Shown piece by piece: positions 1-9,708 of a stretch of 64,000 nucleotides of DNA. Within the stretch, counting starts at the first letter, position 1. Each line of letters opens with the position of its first letter. This DNA is from Candidatus Entotheonellaceae bacterium. Lineage in GTDB: Bacteria > Tectomicrobia > Entotheonellia > Entotheonellales > Entotheonellaceae. A program made the position numbers and the translations under genes. The stretch lies in the NCBI GenBank assembly GCA_965238075.1, contig OZ250173.1, forward strand, positions 2,848,001 through 2,912,000, in the 5' to 3' direction. Below the pieces are notes generated by a model that was given only the letters and a program-made list of their open reading frames with translations, was not told where the DNA came from and ran no database searches.

Positions 1-1402
1 CAACACCATCGAGCGCTACGGTGAGCGCGCCATCCCGACGGATGCGACGATCCAGGACTGGCCGATGACGTACGACGAGTTGGAGCCTTACTACGACAAG
101 TTCGAGTACGCCATCGGAATTTCGGGCAAGGCCGGCAACCTCAAAGGGGAAATTCAGGCGGGCGGAAATCCTTTCGAGGGGCCACGCTCGCGGGAGTTTC
201 CGAATCCTCCCTTGCGGAAGAGCTACGGCATGGCCGTGTTCGAGGAGGCAACGCGGTCGCTGGGCTACCATCCCTTCCCGATGCCCGCCGCGCAGACGAG
301 CCGGGCCTACACCAATCCCGATGGGGTGGGGATGGGTTCGTGTGTGTATTGCGGCTACTGTATGAACACCGGTTGTGAGGTGGCTGCCAAAGCCACGCCG
401 CAGACGACGGTCTTGCCGTCTGCCATGCAGACGGGCAATTTTGAGATACGCACCCATGCGGCGGTGACCCGCATCAACACCTCCGGCAATCGCGCCACGA
501 GCGTGACGTACATTGACGGGCGTGGGCGTGAGGTCGAACAGCCGGCGGATATCGTTCTGCTGACGGCTTTTACATGGAGCAATACCCAGCAGTTGCTGGT
601 CTCCGGTATTGGCAAACCCTACGATCCGGCGACGGGAACAGGCAACGTGGGGAAGAACTACTCCTGGCACGGTGCCATGCCCTACATCCCGTTGTACTAC
701 GACGATGGGCACGTCTTTAACCCCTTCATGGGCGCCGGTGCGCTCGGTATGAGCTTTTCTGACCTGGAAGGCGATAACTTCGACCACACCGGCCTCGGTT
801 TCATCGGCGGCATTTTCATGACCTACTTCCAGCTTGGCAGTGGCCCGATGATGTATCAGCCCACGCCGCCGGGCACGCCGAGTTGGGGCTCGGAATGGAA
901 ACAGGCCGTGGCGCATTACTACAACCGCTCGCTCCAGGTGGTTGGTTTTCACGATCATCTGTCCTACCGCGGCAATTACATGGATCTCGATCCGAATTAC
1001 AACGACATCTACGGCAATCCGTTGGTGCGCCTGACCTACGATATCGGGCCTAACGAGATCCGCATGTCGGACTACATGGTTGGCGTGGGGCACGAGGTTG
1101 CCAAGGCGATGAAGCCCAGCCGCTATGCGGTCTACGGCTCGCCCAAGCGCTTCGATGCCGGTGCCAACTACTTCGTGATCCACCAGGTCGGCGGCGCCAT
1201 GACGGGCTCGACGCCCGAAAACAGCGTCGTGAACAAATACATGCAGAGTTGGGACGTGCCCAATCTGTTCGTGATAGGCGCCAGCGCCTTCCCGCAGATT
1301 ACGGCTTACAACCCGACGGGTACGGTGGGCGCGCTGTCTTACATGTCGGCAGATGCGATTATTAACCAGTACCTCAAGAACCCTGGCCCGTTGGTATCCT
1401 AG
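1..1402 (+). CDS. GMC-family flavoprotein, gluconate 2-dehydrogenase alpha-subunit-like (5' partial)
   Basis: Frame is open from base 2 (NTIERYG...QDWPMTYDELEPYY). It has CxxCGxC, VGKNY, and C-terminal HQVGGAMTG...VVNKYMQSWDVPNLFVIGASAFP...NPTGT motifs typical of GMC oxidoreductases. Confidence 0.85.
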   Translation, partial: NTIERYGERAIPTDATIQDWPMTYDELEPYYDKFEYAIGISGKAGNLKGEIQAGGNPFEGPRSREFPNPPLRKSYGMAVFEEATRSLGYHPFPMPAAQTSRAYTNPDGVGMGSCVYCGYCMNTGCEVAAKATPQTTVLPSAMQTGNFEIRTHAAVTRINTSGNRATSVTYIDGRGREVEQPADIVLLTAFTWSNTQQLLVSGIGKPYDPATGTGNVGKNYSWHGAMPYIPLYYDDGHVFNPFMGAGALGMSFSDLEGDNFDHTGLGFIGGIFMTYFQLGSGPMMYQPTPPGTPSWGSEWKQAVAHYYNRSLQVVGFHDHLSYRGNYMDLDPNYNDIYGNPLVRLTYDIGPNEIRMSDYMVGVGHEVAKAMKPSRYAVYGSPKRFDAGANYFVIHQVGGAMTGSTPENSVVNKYMQSWDVPNLFVIGASAFPQITAYNPTGTVGALSYMSADAIINQYLKNPGPLVS

Positions 1403-1430
1403 GTCAGACCGCATAACGCGGTGCACGGAT

Positions 1431-1462
1431 GCCGGGTGCGTTCTTCCGGGAATGCGCCCGGC
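1431..1462 (+). terminator. GC-rich hairpin after the GMC gene
   Basis: gccgggtgcgttc ... gaatgcgcccggc forms a long stem (with G-U pairs) about 30 nt after the stop; the U-tail is weak. Confidence 0.45.
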
Positions 1463-1637
1463 CCTGTTGCTTATCCTTCCTGGAATCTCTTTAACAGCCC
1501 CCGTCGTTACGTCCCTCCGGCTACGCTGGAAGAATCATGGCTTGACAGGATGCCCCGGGATTCCCCTGCGTCTCTTTGGCTGTCATCCAATCGAACCCTT
1601 CGGACGGTCCACCGAATCGGGACCGGTTCAGGGGGCT

Positions 1638-2132
1638 ATGGAGGCTTCTTTGACGATTTATTACTTGCAGATGACCGATTCAGCGCAGTTGCGGCCGTCG
1701 TCTCGGGTGGTGGAGGCTTTTGAGGTCAAACGGGCGCAGATAATGTACGGTGCCTTGAATCGTTTTTTCTACCAAACGGTCGGGGTAGCTTGGCAATGGA
1801 CGGACCGCTTGCCCTGGACGGATGAAGACTGGCAAGCCTATGCCGAGCGTCCGGGACTGGAGACGTGAATTGGCTACGTGCAGGGAACCCCGGCGGGATA
1901 TTTTGAATTGGCGCGGCAGGATGCGGCCCAAGTGGAGATAGCGATGTTCGGCTTGCTGCCGCCTTTTGTCGGGCGAGGCGTGGGCGGCGTCTTACTGACC
2001 GCGGCTTTGCGACGGGCTTGGGAAGAGGGGACGCGACGGGTGTGGCTGCACACCGCCACGTCGGATCACCCACATGCCTTGGCCAATTATCAGGCGCGCG
2101 GAATGCAGGTTTACAAGACCGAGGCGGCGTGA
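1638..2132 (+). pseudogene. GNAT acetyltransferase interrupted by in-frame TGA at 1866-1868
   Basis: ATG1638 MEASLTIYYLQM...PGLET*IGYVQGTPAGYFEL...FGLLPPFVGRGVGG...VWLHT...HALANYQARG is one frame. The acetyl-CoA motif (GRGVG) lies after the TGA. Confidence 0.75.
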
Positions 2133-2198
2133 GGAAGATCAAGAGCACCTGACCCTCCTGACGGGGTGGAATGTCGGATTACGCTTCCCTAATCCGAC

Positions 2199-3902
2199 CT
2201 ACAATTCGAATTGCCGGCAGCGGTCGTAGCATGCTAGCAGCTTCTCATCCCGCTCTTGCCACACTTGGCGTTGTGACGCCACAAAGCCATCAAGTTGCGC
2301 CAGTTCCGTCTCCATCGCCTTGGGACCGGGGCCGCCCACCACTTGCTTACCCTTGAGAATGGTTGCGGGCTCCTGCAAGCGGCGCACGGTTTCGGCGTCT
2401 ACGGAGAGGTCCAGACCTTCCTCCTGCAGGGCTTGGCTCATGGCGGCGTGGGTTACACAGTCCGATTCACCCTGCTGCAGCGACGAGGCGACGGCGTGTT
2501 CCATCACCCGTTTGAGTCGCCGGAATTCCACGCCGGTGCGCGCGATCAATTGCTCCATAAACTCGGTGACGCCGGTAAAGCCGCTGCGGGCCATGTGGTG
2601 CAGGCGCGCCGTGTCGATGCCCACCGGGCGGTCCAGCCAGGGGTTGGCGGCAAGCGGGCGGCAGGAATGGCGAACGATGCGGGTCATGATGGACACCGCC
2701 GGCAGCGCCTCCAGGCAGGCTTCCATGATGAGATATTTGCTCCATTGATGGTCGCGGTTGTACCCCGTGAGGTTCGCCTGGCCCAGGCTCAGCAGCGCGC
2801 CCAGCCGACTGGTGACCTCGGCGGCTTTGGCCTTGATGACTTCCAGCGCGTCGGGGTTGACCTTTTGGGGCATGATGCTGCTACCGGAGCAGAAGCGCGG
2901 GTGCGGTTTGAGCACCCCGAACTCCGGCGTGCTCAGGAGGATCAGCGTCTGCGCCATGCTTGAGAGGTGGGCGAGGAGAACGGCGAGAATCTGCGCCAAC
3001 TCGGCCTCCGGTTCCCAGCGGCTGGCTATCGGGTCCAGCGAGTTGGGCTCGGGGCCGTAGCACCCGAGCAACTCAGCGGTGAGTCGGCGATCGATGGCAA
3101 AGGTCGTGCTGAACCCAGTGACGCAGCCCAGAGGGCTGTAGTTGAAGGTCTCGTACCAGAAATTCAGGCGCTGCACCACGCGCCGCAGTGCCTCGGCATA
3201 CGCCGCCAGATGATGGCCGAAGGTCGACAGGGTGGCGTGTTGATGGTGGGTGTAGCCCGCCATGACGCTGTTCAGATGCTGGCGCGCTACCATCGTTAAA
3301 GCGTCCATGCAGCCGAGGCAGAGCCGCGCCAGGTTGAGCACCCGCTCCCGCATCCACAGGCGCATGTCGGTGACCACCTGATCGTTGCGGCTGCGCGCCG
3401 TATGCAAGGACAGGGCAGCGTGGATGCCGAGGTTGCCGCTCAGATAGGTTTCGATGTTGGTGTGAACGTCTTCGAGGGCGGGTTGTACGACGAACTGGCC
3501 GAGGTGGTACTGGCGTTCGATTTCGGCAAGGCCGTCCAGAATGGCCCGTCCCTGCTCGGCGGTGAGAATGGAGCACCTGACCAGCATGTGGGCGTGGGCG
3601 CGATTGACCCACAGGTCGAAAGGCACCAAGTTCTGGTCGGCGGCGCCTTTGCCGGCAACGTCCCAACCGGCCATGAAGGCCACGACTTCCGGCGTGGGGC
3701 TGACGAGGCGGTTGCTGTAAAGGCGCTTGGTGTCCTGATGCTGTTGGCCCTGGAGGCGATCCAGGGTATCGTCATCGTATTCGGGGGTGCCGCAGACAGC
3801 GCAATAGCGATCTGCCGCTGAGGATTCTTGCTGCCCTCCGGCCGGCCGCTCGGCCCCGCACGCCTGACAACGCCATGCGGGGTTCGCGTCAATCGCCTCC
3901 AC
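2199..3902 (-). CDS. argH: Argininosuccinate lyase-like protein with N-terminal zinc ribbon
   Basis: HTARSRNDQV, GYTHHQHA and GSSIMPQKVNPD fumarase/ASL signatures. Extra N-terminus WRCQACG...YCAVCG. Confidence 0.8.
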   Translation of the reverse strand: MEAIDANPAWRCQACGAERPAGGQQESSAADRYCAVCGTPEYDDDTLDRLQGQQHQDTKRLYSNRLVSPTPEVVAFMAGWDVAGKGAADQNLVPFDLWVNRAHAHMLVRCSILTAEQGRAILDGLAEIERQYHLGQFVVQPALEDVHTNIETYLSGNLGIHAALSLHTARSRNDQVVTDMRLWMRERVLNLARLCLGCMDALTMVARQHLNSVMAGYTHHQHATLSTFGHHLAAYAEALRRVVQRLNFWYETFNYSPLGCVTGFSTTFAIDRRLTAELLGCYGPEPNSLDPIASRWEPEAELAQILAVLLAHLSSMAQTLILLSTPEFGVLKPHPRFCSGSSIMPQKVNPDALEVIKAKAAEVTSRLGALLSLGQANLTGYNRDHQWSKYLIMEACLEALPAVSIMTRIVRHSCRPLAANPWLDRPVGIDTARLHHMARSGFTGVTEFMEQLIARTGVEFRRLKRVMEHAVASSLQQGESDCVTHAAMSQALQEEGLDLSVDAETVRRLQEPATILKGKQVVGGPGPKAMETELAQLDGFVASQRQVWQERDEKLLACYDRCRQFEL

Positions 3903-3906
3903 GGGT

Positions 3907-4806
3907 CTAAATTTTCCCCAATTCCTGCAAGCAGCGCTGCAATTCGGCGCGGCTCTCGGGCCGCATGGGAACCAAGGGCAGGCGCAGCGCGCCGGCCGGT
4001 TGACCCATCATGGCCAGAGCGGTTTTCACCGGCACCGGGTTGCTTTCGATGAACAGAGCGTTGACAACGTCCAGGGTGCGGAAATGGATGTCCTGCGCCG
4101 CCTTGTAATCGCCGCGCGCAAACGCCTGCATCATCTCGTGCAGTTCCTTGCCGACCACGTGGGCGACGGCGGCGATGGCGCCGTCGCCGCCCAAGCACAT
4201 GGAGCCGAAGGTCAGCGCGTCTTCGCCGCTCAACACGTAAAACTTCTTGCTCATCTTGCGCGTAGCGGCCAGCAGCGCCATGGTCTGGTTGACGTTGGCC
4301 GCCGCGTCCTTGACGCCAACGATGTTGTCGATCTGCGCCAGCGCCACGAGGGTTTTGACGTCGATCAGCCGTCCTGTGCGTCCAGGGATGTTGTAGAGAA
4401 TCAGCGGCAGGCTGGTGTTCTTGGCGATGGCCTCAAAGTGCGCCATCAAGCCGTGCTGTTCCGGCTTGTTGTAGTACGGGCAGACCTGCAGCGACGCCGC
4501 GGCGCCGGCCTGTTCGGCGTGTTTGGTCATTTCGATGGCTTCGTGCGTCGAATTGGAACCCGTACCGGCGATGACGGGCACGCGTCCAGCGGTTGCATCG
4601 ATGACGATCTCGGTTACCCGCTGGTGTTCGGCGTGCGACAAGGTCGGCGACTCGCCGGTTGTGCCGCAGGGCACCAGGCTGTCGGCCTTCTGCTCTTCGA
4701 TGAGGTAATCCACCAGACGGCGCAGGCCGGCTTCGTCAACGCTGAAGTCGTCCTTGAATGGGGTGATGATGGGGATGTGAATGCCGGTCCAATCGTACTG
4801 AGCCAC
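3907..4806 (-). CDS. dapA: 4-hydroxy-tetrahydrodipicolinate synthase
   Basis: GTTGES, YNIPGRTG, VGVKDA, ALFIESNPVPVK motifs. Confidence 0.93.
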   Translation of the reverse strand: MAQYDWTGIHIPIITPFKDDFSVDEAGLRRLVDYLIEEQKADSLVPCGTTGESPTLSHAEHQRVTEIVIDATAGRVPVIAGTGSNSTHEAIEMTKHAEQAGAAASLQVCPYYNKPEQHGLMAHFEAIAKNTSLPLILYNIPGRTGRLIDVKTLVALAQIDNIVGVKDAAANVNQTMALLAATRKMSKKFYVLSGEDALTFGSMCLGGDGAIAAVAHVVGKELHEMMQAFARGDYKAAQDIHFRTLDVVNALFIESNPVPVKTALAMMGQPAGALRLPLVPMRPESRAELQRCLQELGKI

Positions 4807-4866
4807 GGTTGCCTCCTTCCGGTTCGGGCCTCTCGGCAGTGAGCGGCCCGTTCATACGTGACGCCG

Positions 4867-6054
4867 CTAAACCGGCGCGGCGTCCGCCGCCATGTCGAAG
4901 ACCTGCCGGATGCCGTACGTCGTGGTGCGTTCCGCCGGCACCCGGCCAATCTGGTGAACCAACTGCTGGAACTCGTCCACGGGCATGTACTGGCCAGCCG
5001 AGGCGCCGGCCAGCCGAGAGATGTTCTCATTGATCAGCGTGCCGCCGTAGTCGTTGGCACCGGCCTGCAGGCAGCGCTGCGACAGTTGACGGCCCAGCTT
5101 GACCCACGATACCTGCACGTTATCGATCCAGCCCCGCAGCATGATGCGCGCCAGGGCGTGTACCTTGATGCTTTCCTCCTCGGTGGGCCCGGGACGCGCC
5201 ATGCCCAGCCGAAACAATCCGGTGTTCGCGTGCACGAAGCCCAGGGGGACAAACTCCGTGAAACCGCCGGTTTCCTTCTGGATGTCGCGCAGCAGCAGGA
5301 ATTGGTTGATCCAGTGCTCGGGGGTTTCCAGGTGGCCGTACATCATGGTGGAGGTCGTCGGGATGCCCAACTGGTGAGCGGTGCGGACGACGTTGGTCCA
5401 TTGTTTCACCGTGACCTTCTTGCGCGACAGCATGTGCCGCACGTCGTCATCGAGAACCTCCGCCGCGGTGCCCGGCAGGGTGTCGAGGCCGTTGTCCTTC
5501 AGCATTTGCAGGTAGTCGTGCAGCGTCATGCCGGTGAGCTCGGTGCCGTACGTCATCTCCATCGGCGAGAAGGCATGGGCGTGCATATCCGGCACCGCCT
5601 TCTTGATGGTGCGCAGAATGTCCCGGTAATAAAACGGGTCCAGGCCGCGCGGCAGCCCGCCTTGCACGCAGACCTCTGTGGCGCCCATTTCCCGCGCTTC
5701 GACCGTCCGCTGCGCGATCTCCTCGAACGGCAGGTTATAGGCGTCGGAGGCCCGCGCCGAGGTGCTGAAGGAGCAAAAGGCGCAGCCAATGAAGCAGACA
5801 TTGGTGAAGTTGATGTTGCGGTTGACGACGTAGGTGATGACGTCACCCACGATCTCCCGGCGCAGGTGATCCGCCACCGCTGCCAGCGTCTCGACGTCCT
5901 CGCTGGGCAGCGTGGCCAGAACGAGCCCCTCGTCGCGGGACAACTCGTGCCCGGCCATGGCCCTTTCCAGCACGCGCGCCACCTCGGGGGTGGTCTGCGG
6001 CAGCAGATGCGCCACGCGCTCCTGGGATTCCTGCACATTCGCGGCGATTTTCAT
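4867..6054 (-). CDS. cofH: FO synthase subunit 2 (radical SAM, F420 biosynthesis)
   Basis: YVVNRNINFTNVCFIGCAFC, LPGTAAEVLDDDVR, TGGFTEFVPL, NVQVSWVKLG, GANDYGGTLINENISR; overlaps cofG. Confidence 0.92.
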   Translation of the reverse strand: MKIAANVQESQERVAHLLPQTTPEVARVLERAMAGHELSRDEGLVLATLPSEDVETLAAVADHLRREIVGDVITYVVNRNINFTNVCFIGCAFCSFSTSARASDAYNLPFEEIAQRTVEAREMGATEVCVQGGLPRGLDPFYYRDILRTIKKAVPDMHAHAFSPMEMTYGTELTGMTLHDYLQMLKDNGLDTLPGTAAEVLDDDVRHMLSRKKVTVKQWTNVVRTAHQLGIPTTSTMMYGHLETPEHWINQFLLLRDIQKETGGFTEFVPLGFVHANTGLFRLGMARPGPTEEESIKVHALARIMLRGWIDNVQVSWVKLGRQLSQRCLQAGANDYGGTLINENISRLAGASAGQYMPVDEFQQLVHQIGRVPAERTTTYGIRQVFDMAADAAPV

Positions 6055-7265
6055 GGAATCGGTACTCCTTTCCGTTCTTCGATGGGATATCCCTCCTCGT
6101 CCACCATCGCTCGCAGGCGGGGTTCCAGGGCCGCCGCCATGAAGCCCTGCTTGCGGACGATAAATTCAGGGTAGACCGTCAGTCGGGGGCGCAGCCTCAG
6201 GCCCAACTCGTCGGACACACGTTCCAGCGTTTGAATCTGTGGCCAGGGCGCTTCGGGATTGATGAAGTCGATCGTCAGGGGGGAAATGCCGCCCCAGTCG
6301 TTGATACCGGCGGGGATCAGCAATTGGTATTGTTCCGGGGTCAGGTTCGGCGGCACTTGCAGGTTGACGTCGCCGCTCAGCATGAGCCGGGCCACGGCGG
6401 TTGTGCGCATGAAGTCCAGCAAGGTCGGCTCCGGCTGCGCGTGCATCGGGATGTCCGGCTTGGCCCGGAAATTTTGAATAATCACTTCCTGGATATGGCC
6501 GTACCGGTCATGTAGGTCTTGAATCGCTTCGAGAGTCTCCACCCGTTCGGCGAACGTCTCACCAATGCCGATCAGCATGCCGGTCGTGAAGGGGATGCCC
6601 AGCTTGCCGGCGTTTTCAATTGTCTTCAATCGTACCGTGGGGTCTTTATCCGGCGCCTCGTCGTGGGCCATGCCCGGACCCAGAAGGCGACGGCTGGTGC
6701 TTTCCAGCATAAGACCCATGCTTGGGCTCACGTCGCGCAACCGCTCGAGGTCCTTGCGACTCATGACGCCCGGGTTGGCGTGCGGCAGCAGCGGCGTCTC
6801 GTCGAGAACGAGCTGGCACATCTCCACCAGGTAATCCACGGTGCGCCGGTGGCCGTACTGCTGCAAGGTCTGACGCATCTCCGGGAACAACGCTTCGGGC
6901 TTGTCGCCCAGGCTGAACAACGCCTCTTTGCAGCCCAGCTTGGCCCCGTCCTGGGCCACCTGCAGCACCTCGTCCGGGGTCATGGTCTTGGCGCCGGGCT
7001 CGCCAGGGTCTTTGCGAAACGTGCAGTAGCCGCAGTAATCGCGGCAGAGATTCGTCAGCGGCAGGAAGACTTTGGGGGAGTATGTGATAGTGGCGCCGTG
7101 GTGCCGCGCCCGCAGGCTGTCAGCCACCTGCAGGAGGGCCAGCAGTTCGCTGCTCGTCAGGTGCTCGAAAGCGACCATCTCCTGGGCCGACAGCGGCTCC
7201 CCGGCTTCGGCACGGTTCAGGGTTTCCGCAATGGCGGGACGGCACGCCGAACTGATCAAGGTCAT
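6051..7265 (-). CDS. cofG: FO synthase subunit 1 (radical SAM)
   Basis: TYSPKVFLPLTNLCRDYCGYC, LLPHANPG, GHIQEVIIQNFRAKP, GINDWGGISPLTIDFINPEAPWP. Start chosen at ATG 7265 and uncertain. Confidence 0.9.
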   Translation of the reverse strand: MTLISSACRPAIAETLNRAEAGEPLSAQEMVAFEHLTSSELLALLQVADSLRARHHGATITYSPKVFLPLTNLCRDYCGYCTFRKDPGEPGAKTMTPDEVLQVAQDGAKLGCKEALFSLGDKPEALFPEMRQTLQQYGHRRTVDYLVEMCQLVLDETPLLPHANPGVMSRKDLERLRDVSPSMGLMLESTSRRLLGPGMAHDEAPDKDPTVRLKTIENAGKLGIPFTTGMLIGIGETFAERVETLEAIQDLHDRYGHIQEVIIQNFRAKPDIPMHAQPEPTLLDFMRTTAVARLMLSGDVNLQVPPNLTPEQYQLLIPAGINDWGGISPLTIDFINPEAPWPQIQTLERVSDELGLRLRPRLTVYPEFIVRKQGFMAAALEPRLRAMVDEEGYPIEERKGVPIP

Positions 7266-7477
7266 GCAAGCTGCTCGATGTTCTGAAGAGGCCTTTAGGG
7301 AAGCGCCCACACCGACATTCCCGCAGGCATGCAAGGCGTGAACGTGATTTGAAATGTTGGCAATTGGTAACACACGGGAGCGCGGCTTGTCAATGATCCG
7401 GCCTTTTGTTAGCGTTGGCCCTGGCCATGGGTGGGAGGCATCCGGCGCGTAGGTAAAGGCGACTTGAGGAGGGAGCG

Positions 7478-8338
7478 ATGGGGAACGGATTGATCAAGTG
7501 TGATCTGACGTTGGAGAACTATTTTGTCTACGGTAACGCAGCCACCGTCGTCAGCAAGACCGTCTTGCCGCGCCGCGAGGGGCAGCCGATTCTGATGCGC
7601 GGCGAGGTGGGCATCAAGGATGACGGCAATCTGCGGCCGATGGTCGCCCACAACACCACGCACGTCGATATGCCGCTGCACTTCATCGCCGACACTGCCG
7701 ATCTGGACCAGGTGCTGAACAATTCGAGCTATCGGATCAATTATCCCATGCTCGCCCGCGTCCTCGATGTCTCCACATGGTCCGATCCGCAGGTTTTTCA
7801 CGAACGCAACGGGGTGCGCTATTGCGACCGGGTCGTCGCCGAGATGCTGCCGCCGCTGGACGAATTGCGGCAATACGACGCTCTCGTCGTGCTCACCGGC
7901 TTTGGCGCCGTGATGCGGCAGGGTTCCGAGAGTTTTCACCCGGATGCGGCGGGCTTTTACCATCTTCCGCATATCGACGTGGAGGTGGCGCAGCGAGTGG
8001 CGGATGCCGGGATCACCATGCTGGCGATTGACTGCACGACAGTGGAGCGCCAGACCGCGGGCAACCCGCTGCGCATGACGGGCGACGTGCACCCGGTTCT
8101 GCTAGGCCATGAGCCGCCGGTGTTCATTCTGGAGGGCGTGGCGGGGGATCGCATTGCCTCACAGGTCGGCTTCCTGCCGACCGAGGCCGTCCTTGAGGTC
8201 ATCGCCCGGCGGACGAACGCCGCCGGTGCGGACGCCGCGCATACGCGCGTCTTTCTGAGCTTCTATGCGGGTGACGACAACCGCCAGCGCCTGGAGCGAC
8301 TACTGGAATTGGTCACCCCAGAGCATCTGTACGGTTAA
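7478..8338 (+). CDS. Cyclase / kynurenine formamidase-like metal hydrolase
   Basis: HNTTHVDMPLH resembles the HxGTHxDxPxH motif; LAIDCTTVE and VFILE also fit. RBS gagga/ggag upstream. Confidence 0.7.
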   Translation: MGNGLIKCDLTLENYFVYGNAATVVSKTVLPRREGQPILMRGEVGIKDDGNLRPMVAHNTTHVDMPLHFIADTADLDQVLNNSSYRINYPMLARVLDVSTWSDPQVFHERNGVRYCDRVVAEMLPPLDELRQYDALVVLTGFGAVMRQGSESFHPDAAGFYHLPHIDVEVAQRVADAGITMLAIDCTTVERQTAGNPLRMTGDVHPVLLGHEPPVFILEGVAGDRIASQVGFLPTEAVLEVIARRTNAAGADAAHTRVFLSFYAGDDNRQRLERLLELVTPEHLYG

Positions 8339-8351
8339 GCGGGTAGGGCGT

Positions 8352-9527
8352 TCAGGTCAGTAGGTTCAGCGCTGCCAGCGTGTAGATGCGGGCGGATTCG
8401 ACCAGCCGGGAAATCTCGACGTACTCGTTTGGCTGATGCGCCTTCTCCGGCAGGCCGGGACCGCAGATGACCATGGGCGCGTCGTACGCTGGCACGAATA
8501 CCGAGCCGTCAGTGGCGAATGTGGCAGCCGTCGGCACCGACGCGCCGCCGGTCACGAGGTCGCGCTGCCGCACAAAGCTCTGCACATATGGGTCGTCGAA
8601 GGGGATGTCCAGCGGAATGCGCTCGTTGATGGAGCGAACCTCAACATGCAGCGTGGGGTCTTCGGCGCACAGGCGGTCGATCAGTTGGCGAACCGTATCC
8701 AGGATTTGCTGATGGTCCTGGCCGATGACCGTGCGGGTGTCGATGGTGACGCGGCAGGCGTCGGGCACGACGTTGGTCTTCACACCGCCCTCGATGGTGG
8801 CGATGTTCATCGTGAAGTCGCCCAGCAGCGGATGCGCCTCGTACGGGATTTCTTCGGCCTGCAGCGCCTCCAACAGCCGGCTCATGTGAGCGATGGCGTT
8901 GACGCCGAGATGTGGCATGGAGCCGTGCGCCGTCTGCCCCTTGGCCTGCAGCTCAAGCCATAGCACGCCTTTCTCGGCGGTGATGACGCGGTTGGCGGTC
9001 GGCTCGCCGATAACCATGAAGCCGACGTCGTCCAGTTTCTGCTCCCGCACCAGCTCCCGAGCTCCCATGGACTCGATTTCCTCGCCTGCCGTGCCGGCAA
9101 AGAGCAGGTTGCCTTTGAGGACCGCGCCGCTCTGTTTCACGGCCCGCATGGCCATGAGCATGGCGGCGACGCCTGCCTTCATATCGGTGGTGCCCAGACC
9201 CCAGATCTTGCCGTCGTCGATGTCGGCCGCCAGCACCTCGTGCACCCAGTTGTCGCCCGCCGGCACCGTATCCAGATGGCCGCTGAACAGCACGGCCCGC
9301 CGCTCGTCCTGGCCGTCCAGGCCACCGACCACGCTGGCCCTGCCGTTTTCCGCGTGCGCCACCAGCTCGGCAGGCATGTCGTTCTGCTTCAGCCAGTCGG
9401 TCACAAACGTCGCGGCCTTGGCTTCATCGCCCGGCGGATTGATCGTTCGGATACGCACCAGGTCCTGGGTCAGTTGCACCAGCATGGCCTCGTCCAAGGC
9501 TGCCAGCGCGCGTTCTTGCGTGTCCAT
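8352..9527 (-). CDS. M20 metallopeptidase (ArgE/DapE family)
   Basis: SGHLDTVP, GLGTTDMKAG, GEE, GEPT, AHGSMPHLGVNA, AHQPNEY. Confidence 0.9.
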   Translation of the reverse strand: MDTQERALAALDEAMLVQLTQDLVRIRTINPPGDEAKAATFVTDWLKQNDMPAELVAHAENGRASVVGGLDGQDERRAVLFSGHLDTVPAGDNWVHEVLAADIDDGKIWGLGTTDMKAGVAAMLMAMRAVKQSGAVLKGNLLFAGTAGEEIESMGARELVREQKLDDVGFMVIGEPTANRVITAEKGVLWLELQAKGQTAHGSMPHLGVNAIAHMSRLLEALQAEEIPYEAHPLLGDFTMNIATIEGGVKTNVVPDACRVTIDTRTVIGQDHQQILDTVRQLIDRLCAEDPTLHVEVRSINERIPLDIPFDDPYVQSFVRQRDLVTGGASVPTAATFATDGSVFVPAYDAPMVICGPGLPEKAHQPNEYVEISRLVESARIYTLAALNLLT

Positions 9528-9708
9528 AGACGCTCCCTTTTGATGAAATCGTGGTTTTTGTGCGTCGCTCTTCAGTTGCCGATTATCAAAGGGTGGAAAT
9601 TAAAATGTCAAGGCAATGCGAAGGGTCAGGCATGGTTCTCAATTACCCCGCCTCGCCCAGGCGGCTGCGGAACGCTTGCCATGGAACGAGTGCATTGATC
9701 TTGACCAG

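Noticed and set aside
1866-1900. Selenocysteine in the GNAT gene
   Set aside because: No convincing hairpin and no Cys-like motif context; a Trp nonsense mutation is simpler.
3700-3902. LysW-type amino-group carrier fused to ArgH
   Set aside because: It has CxxC pairs but no C-terminal EDWGE motif, and it is N-terminally fused, so no free C-terminal Glu is available.
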